A stretch of DNA of 64,000 nt, taken from the NCBI GenBank assembly GCA_002269645.1, contig NIVC01001978.1, forward strand, positions 152,708-216,707, read 5' to 3'. The stretch comes from Macrostomum lignano. Lineage: Eukaryota. The position numbers were made by a program, and so were the translations under genes. Positions 49,652 through 61,091 of this stretch are shown here, one piece after another (within the stretch, counting starts at the first letter, position 1; every line of letters begins with the position of its first letter). The notes under the pieces were generated by a model. The model saw only the letters and a list, made by a program, of their open reading frames with translations. It had not been told where the DNA came from and did not search any database.

Positions 49652-50498
49652 TTGTCGGAACGAAATTTTAGCGCTGAGGCGGAAGGCCTTCTTAGTTCAA
49701 TAGATGCAATGGCAGCAAAGATTTTGCGCTGCTTTGTGCGTATATTTATATTTACACAAACAGCGCGATATTGAGGGGAATAGGGAGGTGCGAAAAGGTG
49801 GCGTGGCGTGATTGGCTACGCCAACTCCCCCCCCCCGGCTTCGCGAGCCGGCTAGCTTAGTGAGCACCCACCCCACCTCAGCTAGACAGAGGTTGGGGGG
49901 TTTCCAGTGCGGCTGCACTGGTGCTGCCGGTCGCGTACAGTCTGGCCGCCACAGCGCAAAATTAATCTACACCAAATTAAACTTCTTACATCTTAGAGAT
50001 TCTCACCGTGAGCCTTAAAATTCTTACTTCGTTGATCAAAAACAGTACTTTAAGCAATAGTCTAGAAATCAATCAATTCCAGAAAAAGAACATCTTGGTT
50101 AGCATCAGCATTGACATCTCAAACAATAACGAAAAGATATGCTTTTATCCTTTCAAACTTTTAAAAAAATTCAACACCATTTGCATATCAAGTCTGCACT
50201 AGATAAATTCTAAATATTCTGTAATAAGTGAAATAATAAAAACTTGCACTTTTGCGAAATTCTATCGCAGTTGGTTGACCATATCTTACTTGTCAACTTG
50301 TCTGTGGCAAAAAATAACGCAAGTTATGCTTGCTGCCAGAAATTTTATCGGCAGCAATTTCACTACGCTGGTGCCGCATAGCCACTCGTAACAACGCGTC
50401 TTTAAGCTGTTGTAACTTCAGTTGAAGAACTGCCACCTCTACAACTGATTAGTTCACGAGCCGAAAATCAAAACAAATCTAGAAATATTAATACGAAA

Positions 50499-51740
50499 AT
50501 GTCAAGCTGCCAACTTTTCACAACTCTGTGCCTGCTGATAATGGCTCTGGTGATAGCTACTGAAGTTCAAGGATGCCCCAGGCCTATTATGGCAAAAGGT
50601 AAATCTGCTAATTTGTGTTTTAGCTGATATGGCTCGAAATAAGATTAAGGATTAGAGTAGATACACACTGTAAAATAGGGCAGATAGACGCAGCAAAATA
50701 GGGGCAGATAGATACAGCAGAATAATAAGGCAGATAGACACAGTGGAATATGGCAGATAGACACAGTGGAATAGGGCAGATAGACACAGTGGAATAGGGC
50801 AGATAGACACAGTGGAATAGGGCAGATAGACACAGTGGAATAGGGCAGATAGACACAGTGGAATAGGGCAGATAGACACAGTGGAATAGGGCAGATAGAC
50901 ACAGTGGAATAGGGCAGATAGACACAGTGGAATAGGGCAGATAGACACAGTGGAATAGGGCAGATAGACGCAGCAAAATAGGGGCAGATAGATACAGCAG
51001 AATAATAAGGCAGATAGACACAGTGGAATAGGGCAGATAGACACAGTGGAATAGGGCAGATAGACACAGTGGAATAGGGCAGATAGACACAGTGGAATAG
51101 GGCAGATAGACACAGTGGAATAGGGCAGATAGACACAGTGGAATAGGGCAGATAGACACAGTGGAATAGGGCAGATAGACACAGTGGAATAGGGCAGATA
51201 GACACAGTGGAATAGAGCAGATAGACACAGTGGAATAGGGCAGATAGACGCAGCAAAATAGGGGCAGATAGATACAGCAGAATAATAAGGCAGATAGACA
51301 CAGTGGAATAGGGCAGATAGACACAGTGGAATAGGGCAGATAGACACAGTGGAATAGGGCAGATAGACACAGTGGAATAGGGCAGATAGACACAGTGGAA
51401 TAGGGCAGATAGACACAGTGGAATAGGGCAGATAGACACAGTGGAATCGGGCAGATAGACACAGTGGAATAGGGCAGATAGACACAGCGGAAAAGGGCAG
51501 ATAGACACAGCGGAGCCGCCCCACTCGCCTTCCACAGTGAAGAGCGTCAAAAATCCGTTTAAGTCGGCGCCACCAAAGAAGAAAATGGACATCAGCTGGC
51601 CCGTGAACCGGCCCGCCATGTCTCAAGCAGAACGGGCGGCTACGAAGGCGAAGATGCAAAAGCAGGTCCCCGCTCAAGAACTCGTGAATAGAATGACGGA
51701 AGCTAACAAGAAGCGAAAAGAGGCTGCTGCTCAGGGCTGA
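50499..51740 (+). CDS. Secreted basic peptide precursor, copy C (100 aa)
   Basis: Exon 1 50499-50598 (G|gtaaat), exon 2 51538-51740 (ccttccacag|TG). MSSCQLFTTLCLLIMALVIATEVQG-CPRPIMAKVKSVKNPFKSAPPKKKMDISWPVNRPAMSQAERAATKAKMQKQVPAQELVNRMTEANKKRKEAAAQG*. About 250 bp upstream also aligns with copy B. Confidence 0.87.
50670..51513. repeat. 23-bp minisatellite array (~36 units, with recurring variant pair) inside the copy C intron
   Basis: Direct reading. Confidence 0.95.
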
Positions 51741-52043
51741 CGGAAAGTAAGTCGAAAGCAGAAGCAAACGGAATCCATCATAGATCCACTAAACATTTTT
51801 GCCTATCATAGTGTGCGTAGGTAATAAGGGAGTTTCACTTACTAATGACAATGTTTTCTTTGATGAAGTACTTTTTATTTCATGAACGAGTGACCTAATC
51901 TAAATGTACGCTTAATCGCCTTTTTGCTTTTTAATGAGTACCTAAACAATCATAAATAAAATGCTGACAGAAAAAGTGTTATGCTGCACTAGCGAGTGAT
52001 GCACTAATTGCAGTTGTTCTACGTTTAATGCAAGTGTATCTGA

Positions 52044-52052
52044 GATAGATAG

Positions 52053-52083
<31 letters not shown>

Positions 52084-52089
52084 GATAGT

Positions 52090-52158
<69 letters not shown>

Positions 52159-52170
52159 GGATAGACAGAC

Positions 52171-52257
<87 letters not shown>

Positions 52258-52266
52258 CAGATAGAC

Positions 52267-52297
<31 letters not shown>

Positions 52298-52356
52298 CAG
52301 ATAGACAGATAGATAGATAGACAGATAGATAGATAGACTGATAGACTGATAGACAG
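52044..52356. repeat. (GATA)n microsatellite
   Basis: Direct reading. Confidence 0.97.
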
Positions 52357-52678
52357 GAAGTGCGGCAACGTTATTGCCGTACAATTCTTATGCACACGCG
52401 TAAAAACCGAGCGAGGAGGGTGGATGGAGATGCGACCCCTCAATGCAGCTTTTAAGGCCAACAGCCTTGCACAGTTTTGCAGGCAGAGAAAGAAAGAAAA
52501 TTTAAGCTTCTTATTGGAATTTGGCGCTTGGTAACAGGGCCAACAATGTCTGTACTGTACACCTGCAGCTTTTCTTTATTAAAGCTTTAACAGGAGAGAC
52601 CGCTGCTTCGAAAATTTCTCTTTAGCTGCGCGGCAGCAGATAGAGAGGCCAGTTTGAACACCCCCTGTCAGGTTCGCA

Positions 52679-55600
52679 ATGGTGGATTCGCAATCCCAGC
52701 TTCGTTTGAAACGTCTCGGCCCGTGCGCCGTTGAGATCCGTCAGAGCTACCCGTCGAATCATCTGCTCAACACGGAGTGCTCACATCGCGTGTTTAAGTC
52801 GGTGCATCCGTCGGGTGAGCTCGCAATGGATTCTGCTGCTTGGCACTTTTCCGCATCAAAAACAGATGCGACAACTGAGGATTTATTAGGAGAGCAGGCC
52901 GATCTTTTCACGTCTTACGAGCTAGATATAAGGGGCTTCAGGTGACCGGTATGGTTTTCAGGGAAACGATATGGTATTTAGGTGACCATCATTATATCGC
53001 CGTCAAATGAACGTTTTGTTCTTTGGCGTCAAAATCGTCGTACGATGGTTTCTTCCATTTTTAATAAAGCTTTGTTCATAAATGATACAACTGAATTTCA
53101 ACTTGATTACTCATATTTCTACTAAAAAATTTCAGCTCACTCGTGTCGTCCATCATCTCAGCAGGACAAGCATGACTCTCAGCATTGGCCGGCGTTTCTG
53201 CTGGCATTCGGTCTCAAGCAGACCCAGCAGGATGTGCAGGCCTTGCATTACAAAGTGCAACAGTTCCGGTTCGAGGATAAGCCGTGAGTGACGTCCGAAA
53301 TTAGAGATGCATAACAAAGATTGTTGAGAGGTGTCTCGTCTCCTGTAGAATGAAGTTTTGAATCAAGGGTTACTTTAAGTAGCTATTGGGATTGATACTG
53401 AAGTATCGTGGAGGCTACTGATGCATTGAGAAGATTAATGAACTATCGGGGGGGCGGTTACTGAAGCATCGGAGGGTTTCTAAAGCATGGAAAGTTACTG
53501 AAGCATCGTGAGGGTTACTGAAGCATCGGGAGGGTTACTGAAGCATCGGGAGGGTTACTGAAGCATCGGGAGGGTTACTGAAGCATCGAAGGTTACTGAA
53601 GCATCGAAGGTTACTGAAGCATCGAAGGTTACTGAAGCATCGAAGGTTACTGAAGCATCGAAGGTTACTGAAGCATCGAAGGTTACTGAAGCATCGAAGG
53701 TTACTGAAGCATCGAAGGTTACTGAAGCATCGAAGGTTACTGAAGCATCGAAGGTTACTGAAGCATCGAAGGTTACTGAAGCATCGAAGGTTACTGAAGC
53801 ATCGAAGGTTACTGAAGCATCGAAGGTTACTGAAGCATCGAAGGTTACTGAAGCATCGAAGGTTACTGAAGCATCGAAGGTTACTGAAGCATCGAAGGTT
53901 ACTGAAGCATCGAAGGTTACTGAAGCATCGGGAGGGTACTGAGACATCAGGAGGGTTACTGAAGCATCGGGAGGGTTACTGAAGAATAGCATCGGGGGTA
54001 ACTGAAGCATTGGGGGGGTTACTGAAACAGGAATTGGGTATACTAAAGACAAAAGAGAGCTCAGGCTTCCTTATTAATTAATTTATCCCACCGACTACTC
54101 AGCAAAGACAAGCTGCTGCACTCGGTCGGTCAGCGTGGCTCAAGCGAAGGCTACTTTTGCTATCCTCGCGGTTTAAGCGTCGCCTCGGACGGTGAACTCG
54201 CCATCGCGGACACCGAGAATCATCGGGTGCAGCTGTTCAACTCTGCCGGCGTGTTCAAGAACATTATCGGCCGCGGCAAAGGTTCTGCACCGGGCGAACT
54301 GGACAGCCCATTGGATGTCGCTTGGATGCCGACCGGAAATTACGCTGTAGCCGATACCGGAAATAGTCGGGTACAGATTTTCCGGCCAAAAGGCAGTTTG
54401 AGAATGATGTTTTTAACTAGAGCCGCTCCAGTGGCCATCGCCTGCGATGCTGGGCACAACATCATCGTTGTTAGCGAAGCCAGACAGGTGAAATGCTGTT
54501 CATTGCATGCAGTTTCGAATCACGTACACCCTTCAGGGCCAACCTCCTAGGCACAGAGAATGTATACCGCTCTCCTGTGCTCAGCAGTCAGCAAAAGGGC
54601 AGGATGACGTTCGGGTGCCCCACAGCCTTCTTGCATCGCGTACTCGTAATTAATTGAGTAGACTCAAAGCACAAAATTTTGGGGAACGGGAAGAATCCCC
54701 GCTTAATAGGTGACACTCCTCTCTAACAGGTAACACTCCTGTCTAACATGCTCTCTATCAGGTGACACAAGCAACACTCCTCCCTAACATGTTGTCTATC
54801 AGGTGACACAAGCAACACTCCTCTCTAACATGTTGTCTATCAGGTGACACAAGCAACACTCCTCTCTAACATGTTGTCTATCAGGTGACACAAGCAACAC
54901 TCCTCTCTAACATGCTCTCTATCAGGTGACACAAGCAACACTCCTCTCTAACATGCTCTCTATCAGGTGACACAAGCAACACTCCTCTCTAACATGTTGT
55001 CTATCAGGTGACACAAGCAACACTCCTCTCTAACATGCTCTCTATCAGGTGACACAAGCAACACTCCTCTCTAACATGTTGTCTAACAAACCAGCAAACA
55101 AATCTTTCCACTCTCAGATTGAAATGTACCGCAAAGGCTGCAAATTTGACAAATCTTTTCCAATCGACACGCCAACCGGAGCCAAATCCGCCGCTGCCGC
55201 CGCCGCCATCGCCAGCCCGGTGCAGATGTACAGCGTGGCCGCCAATCGCCAGCTGATTGCCCTCTGCGACACGGCCTGCGGAGTTGTTCGCCTATTCGAC
55301 TACGACGGCGTCTGCAAGCTGACGTTCGAGCCTGCAGCGTCGAGACCCGGGCTCGCCGTGCTGCCGACCAGCGTCGATTTGTCGGCCGACCTGCTGCTGA
55401 TCGCCGATGCCACCAATCATACGGTGAATGCGTACGCTCTGACTGGCGAATTTCACCAACAGGTGAGCGCGGCCGGGAAGTCAAGTGGATGGTGACAGCA
55501 TTTTTTACGAGCGTAGAAACCCCTTACGTCTTGGAGCTTACAGCATTGTTTTTGCACTCCCTGGCTCACATCTTGGAGCTTACAGCAGCTCTGAGGTCTA

Positions 55601-56635
55601 TGACGTCGGCCTCACTATCCATCTTGGAGCTACGGGAGTGCTGTTGCACCCCAGACACCCATCTTGAAGCTACGGGAGTGCTGTTGCACCCCAGACACCC
55701 ATCTTGAAGCTACGGGAGTGCTGTTGCACCCCAGACACCCATCTTGAAGCTACGGGAGTGCTGTTGACCCCAGACACCCATCTTGAAGCTACGGGAGTGC
55801 TGTTGCACCCCAGACACCCATCTTGAAGCTACGGGAGTGCTGTTGAACCCCAGACACCCATCTTGAAGCTACGGGAGTGCTGTTGCACCCCAGACACCCA
55901 TCTTGAAGCTACGGGAGTGCTGTTGCACCCCAGACACCCATCTTGAAGCTACGGGAGTGCTGTTGAACCCCAGACACCCATCTTGAAGCTACGGGAGTGC
56001 TGTTGCACCCCAGACACCCATCTTGGAGCTACGGGAGTGTTGTTGCACCCCAGACACCCATCTTGAAGCTACGGGAGTGCTGTTGAACCCCAGACACCCA
56101 TCTTGAAGCTACGGGAGTGCTGTTGCACCCCAGACACCCATCTTGAAGCTACGGGAGTGCTGTTGCACCCCAGACACCCATCTTGAAGCTACGGGAGTGT
56201 TGTTGCACCCCAGACACCCATCTTGGAGCTACTGAAATTTTTCGCAAACCCTCAGACACAGTGATCTAAATTAGCACCTGAAACCCACCTTAGCGCATAG
56301 TACTTTACTGTAATTTACGTCTTATTGAAGCAACAAATCGACCATTTAGAGTTGGTTAGATCTATGTTACATGTCATTCGATTCATCACAAACCAAATCT
56401 GCACACTCAGGCTCTGGGTCCTGTCGACGATCTAGGCAACGTTCAATGCGCCCGGTTCACTCCCGAGGGTCACCTAGCCGTCACGGAGTTCGCTGCCAAT
56501 GGGCTGCACTGCCTGAAAATATTCCGCTTCGCGCCGTGCGATTGCCATTCGGAAAGGCCGACGTCGGCTAAAAAGGACAAATCGACGCCAATCCCGAAGA
56601 CACACTACACTAGCGATTTGGTTGTGCCGCAGTAG
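52679..56635 (+). CDS. NHL-repeat (beta-propeller) protein, 5 exons, ~412 aa
   Basis: Exons 52679-52814, 53136-53283, 54103-54487, 55118-55462 and 56411-56635; 1239 nt, phases consistent. NHL motifs GYFCYPRGLSVASDGELAIADTENHRVQLF and GELDSPLDVAWMPTGNYAVADTGNSRVQIF. The first two exons are less certain. Confidence 0.85.
53458..54030. repeat. 18-bp minisatellite (GGTTACTGAAGCATCGAA) in NHL-gene intron 2
   Basis: Direct reading. Confidence 0.95.
54712..55087. repeat. 41-bp minisatellite (AGGTGACACAAGCAACACTCCTCTCTAACATGTTGTCTATC) in NHL-gene intron 3
   Basis: Direct reading; shares core sequence with the 10.4-kb array. Confidence 0.93.
55617..56232. repeat. 40-bp minisatellite (CTGTTGCACCCCAGACACCCATCTTGAAGCTACGGGAGTG) in NHL-gene intron 4
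   Basis: Direct reading. Confidence 0.95.
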
Positions 56636-59185
56636 CCGACGTTCAAAACATAAGAGCTTGTAGATGATCATATGATTTCTCTTTTTGAACCCATGGAGCA
56701 CTAAAGTTAGAAAAGGCTAAGATTTTATAATCAATTTTCTTTTGTTTCAAACACTTACAGCTACATGTAGCTCTGTTAAATTATTGTTTATGTACATGTT
56801 GATGATGTAGATTGTACATGCAAAGTCCTACGACAAAGCTGCATGATACGTATTCTGTTGTTTTGAAAGCTTACATGTACTTAAATATATATGTACATGT
56901 ATTTTTTTACATGAAACGAGCTCAAATAAATAAAAACTTAGTAGAAATGAACCTCTATCTTAATATTGCATCGTATGTTGCACCAAATAATTATAACTAC
57001 ATTAAAATAAGTATTCTGTTGGGCTTTCTTTTCAAGCCCAAGCACTCTATGCATTCTATTGTAAAGTATATGTTCTAAATCACACGTAATACCAGCCTCC
57101 CCTCGGTTTCAAATAAATAGCTCTACCTAGCTACGGAGATTAGCCATCTGCGAATAAAATACATGAATTGAGTTTCCTGCACAACCAGTGCATCCTACGG
57201 TCACAACAGCTCCCATTCCGCGCAGTGTGCCTTCAAAGCAGTCCTTAAAGAAACATCCATATGTGAGCTTGAATTCGTTAAAAAACTTGAATGGGCTCGA
57301 ATTATGCTAAAATTAACTCCTTAAAACGGATGATGACGAGAAAAGTGAATAGTGCCAGGATAAATCAACAGAGAAAAAAACAATCGGCATCTCTTTTGCT
57401 CATGGAAGCAGTAGAAAAAAGCATTCCGTTGAGACTGAAAGACACCAACAAAGAGACGCCCACCGATTAAACTAGGGCGGAAAATTCACGCTCAAACGCA
57501 GCTTTCGAATACTTAGAGAACGCTACATTGATCGAGATTCTACGCATGCAGAAGCAGCAATTGGAGCAGCACCACAGCCTCCCCCGGCTGTCCCTCAGTA
57601 AACAGTTTTCTCTGTCTCTTTGGCAACACGATACTGAATTTCAGCGAAAAAATCAACCATAAAGATAACAAAAAATCTCTCTAAACCAATCCAAAGACCG
57701 GCTTGCAACGCCCGCGGATTTTGTGCAGTAGCTTATTGATGGCACATCGATTTTTTTTCTCTTTATCGATAATTAAGGCAGCTGCAGCAATAAATAAATG
57801 GGAGTAGTAGCTTATCCAAACCATACACTTCACTATCGATTGTAGTATATACTGTACTACTATATACAGCTGTACAGCTACAGTACAGCTACAACTGTAC
57901 AGCTACAGAAACTTAACATCAAATTAAATTCAGGAACCGTGCACTCAGATCACGGAGCTGCTGCGTTCCAGCTCTTGCAGACACACTCATCCACACCAAT
58001 TTAGGAGAATGAGCGCCCGCTTGTGGCTGCAGCTGTGTGCAACTTTTTTCATCGGATTAAAGCTGCTGCACCTTGGAGGTTGCGAATTAAATTTCTAGTC
58101 TATTTCTCCGAATCTAATTCTCCGAACCACTACTTGCACAGAAGCCACAGTAGCTTCTAGCAGCTCATAGATACGAGCTAAAACAATAGCTAAAGCAGCA
58201 AAATCAGCCTGAAAGCCCTTTTTGATCTACATTTTTGCCTTGGCCTACCAACAACTTCATCCAATCATTTCAGTAACCCTTTCCCTGACGAGCCAACAGC
58301 TGCATTTCAGCAATCCTCTCATGAGTTTTGACATCTCAGCGATTCTCATTGTGGGCTTGACATCTCATAAATTTAAATTTTCCCATAAGCATTGACATCT
58401 TAGCAAATGTATATGCCATCATTTTTATAGTCATTTTGTACATAGAGTCATTTTTATACATACATCGCCTAGCTAGCGAAGCGAACTCCAATAAGTAAAA
58501 TTTTAATTTAAGGGTGTTGGTACTTAGCGGCCCGGTCCGGCCAGCTCTAGCCTGCGGCCGGGGGCCGCAGTTTGATCACTTAATATAACAATTGCAAAAT
58601 GATATTTTGCTGTAACCAATTAAACAAGCAAACGAAATTTATATACCTGTTCTTCTACATATCAAAATTTAATCTAGATCAGTTAATTGAAAAGAGTGTA
58701 GATTTTTACACATTCCTAGAAGTTGCTTTTTCAAGAGAAAATCATCTTTTCCAAGACTTATTATTATTAGAAGTACGTGAATAGCTATTAAGACATTGAC
58801 TTTGACATTGAGCCAACTGTATTAAGATTGCTTGCTTGCTTGCTTCCTGCATGTAGCCTGCCTGTGTTCTACCTGTATTGTCTAGTAATTAGTATATCTA
58901 CCTATTTCTTCCCTGCCCTATCATATCTACCTATCACTGCCCTGCCCTTCAGCCTACCTATTCCACCATTTGTAGGCCGAACATAATATCAGCTAATAGC
59001 CTATATTAATTTAGACAGTAAGGCAATCATAGCATTGTACTGTTTCATGTATGAAACATGCTATTATAATATGTAGCGATTAGCGAAGCAAGAGTTCTAG
59101 TTTACTTCGTTATATTATTCTGCCTTTCGTTAAATTATTTTACCCCGTTTTTCTATCAATTTCAGGTTCAAGGTCAAGTCAAGTC

Positions 59186-59495
59186 CTAAACAGGATAATA
59201 AACAGAAGCCCAGTACAGCACGGCGCCAAAGGGGTTGTTATGGTACATGCGGCGCCAGATGTACTCCTCAAGATGGGCCTCAAAAAGCGCGTCGCTCATT
59301 CCATGCATGGCCTGTAGCCCATAGGTGCCTCTTGGCCAGGGCCCACATCCCCTCGATGTGGTTTGTGTGCACTGTTGGGTCAGCCGGATCCATGAAATAT
59401 AGACGGTGGTTTACCACTGCGTGATTCTGTAGCCTAGCATAGGCCAGCCAGCCATCGGTGATGATACAGGTCCTAGGTAGCATATGGCATTGCAA
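59186..59495 (-). mobile_element. Merlin (IS1595/ISXO2-like) DDE transposase C-terminal relic
   Basis: CIITDGWLAY..VNHRLYFMDP..TVHTNHIEGMWALAKRHL, then a frameshift to LQAMHGMSDALFEAHLEEYIWRRMYHNNPFGAVLYWASVYYPV*. Confidence 0.85.
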
Positions 59496-60544
59496 GAAAA
59501 TACATGAAATTAATATAACAAAGTAAAGTAGAATTATGAAATAATATAACGAAGTAAACTAGAACTATGCCGAAATCATGACCATGTGTTCATTTATTCT
59601 TGCTTTCTTGAACAGAATATGCAGGCCTATGCTATAATATAGTTCTCTTGAGTTTCAATTTAATACTTTCAGAACTATTAGGCCTACTTTTAAATAGATA
59701 AAATACTTAAATACATTACTTAATTAAGTCTATTTACAAACAAAGCATTAGGGCCAATTATAGTGTTAGATTTATTAGTATATTATTGGCCTACTACTAT
59801 TGACTTTTATTTGATTTAGGCCCCTACCCTAGCCTATAGATGGTAATCAGACTCTCACCATTTTTATTTACTACTTTGTTATCTTAATTATTTATTTAAC
59901 ACATAGAGAAACTATCTAAATTAATTTATGTCCATGATTAATAATATTAATAATAAAATTCTCTTACAAAATTAGGCCTAATAATAAAAACATACAAACT
60001 TAATATGTATAAATGCGTATATTATTATATTGTAGCAGTTAGGCCAGTTAGATATGATTTGTTTCTCTGCATTTAAAAAAAGTATTTTCTTTTGAATGCT
60101 CACAAGTTACCTTGTCTATGACCTAAATTCCCACTTTTAGTTTCAGCCTCAAACTCATTATAGTATAGGCCTACCTTAATCTTATTAAATAGATATAACC
60201 CTAGCCATAGTTAGCCTTGCTCTTGCAACTTAATCAATCTTTTAGTAGCCAATGCCACAAGTACAATGAATGCCTATAAGTATAGTGCATTGACTGGTAG
60301 CAAGATGAAGTAAAAAAATATTCTATGAGATCATTCAACTAAAAATTGCCTTAAAAATGCTTAACAACCAATATAACTATATGTATGTCACTATATCAAT
60401 GATAAATTTGGATGGCCAATTGAATATGACTAGTTAAAAACCTATGATTCACATTCACATTCAGAGTTTTATATACTACTACTAAATCTAGTAGTAAAAA
60501 GAAGTTCGTTTTTTTAAACTTCTGCATCAAGACTCAATCTAAAG

Positions 60545-60796
60545 ATGTCCGACACTGAAGCAGCTCAACAACAACAGCAGTTAGATGCTTTGATGGCATT
60601 TCCACCCGAGGTTGAAGCTGCCCTACAAGAGCTGGTGGATCCCAATGATCCACTCGATCAGGCTAGTTTCTGCGCTACAGATTATATTAATAGGATTTTT
60701 CCTACTGAGCAGAGCCTAGCTGGGCTTGACGATGTTCTGTCTGGCATCAGGGCTCAGATTGCACAGCTGGATTCTGAGCTGCGCGTGGCTGTTCAG
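60545..60796 (+). CDS. VPS53: Vacuolar protein sorting 53 (GARP/EARP subunit), exon 1; gene continues beyond the window
   Basis: FPPEVEAALQELVDPNDPLDQASFCATDYINRIFPTEQSLAGLDDVL matches the Vps53 N-terminus (DPLD..F...YIN..FPTEQSL..ID). Donor CAG|gtaatt at 60796/60797. Confidence 0.9.
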
Positions 60797-61036
60797 GTAA
60801 TTGTAGATCATTTACTAGCAATCTACGCCCCCCGTTGGGGAGCCAAAGAAATGCAATACACGTTTTTTTAATAAGCTACATGTATCCTTGAAATCTTAAA
60901 AAATCTCCTGTCAAACCTTGTAAGCCTTGACATGTCAGTAATTCCCCCCCACAAGCTTTAACATATCAACTCCCCCCCTTGACATCTCAGCAATGCCCCC
61001 AATAAGCCTTGGAAATCTAAAAAATCTGTCAACCTT

Positions 61037-61091
61037 CTAACCCTAACCCTAGCCTAACCCTAACCCTAACCCTAACCCTAACCTAACCCTA
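61037..61091. repeat. Short interstitial (CCCTAA)n telomere-like tract within a degenerate GCCTTGACATCTCAGCAAT repeat block (60890-61830)
   Basis: Direct reading. A second degenerate copy is at ~61460-61505; the block 60890-61230 is repeated at about 61340-61700. Confidence 0.75.

Noticed and set aside
35478-51767. Cys-rich SICPIPLCLSALFHCVYLPY ORFs on the minus strand (four loci)
   Set aside because: Translation of the 23-bp satellite. Two of the arrays lie in introns of plus-strand genes, and the minus ORFs run antisense through their exon 2.
53555-54052. (FDASVT)n ORF
   Set aside because: 18-bp minisatellite inside NHL-gene intron 2.
59041-59101. Possible Helitron 3' end (palindrome TGTTTCATGTATGAAACA, then ..TTCTAG|T)
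   Set aside because: The hairpin is ~40 nt from CTAG, no matching 5' end or second copy is in the window, so it is unsupported.
61037-61091. Chromosome end / true telomere
   Set aside because: Only about eight units, degenerate, internal to an intron with ordinary sequence on both sides.
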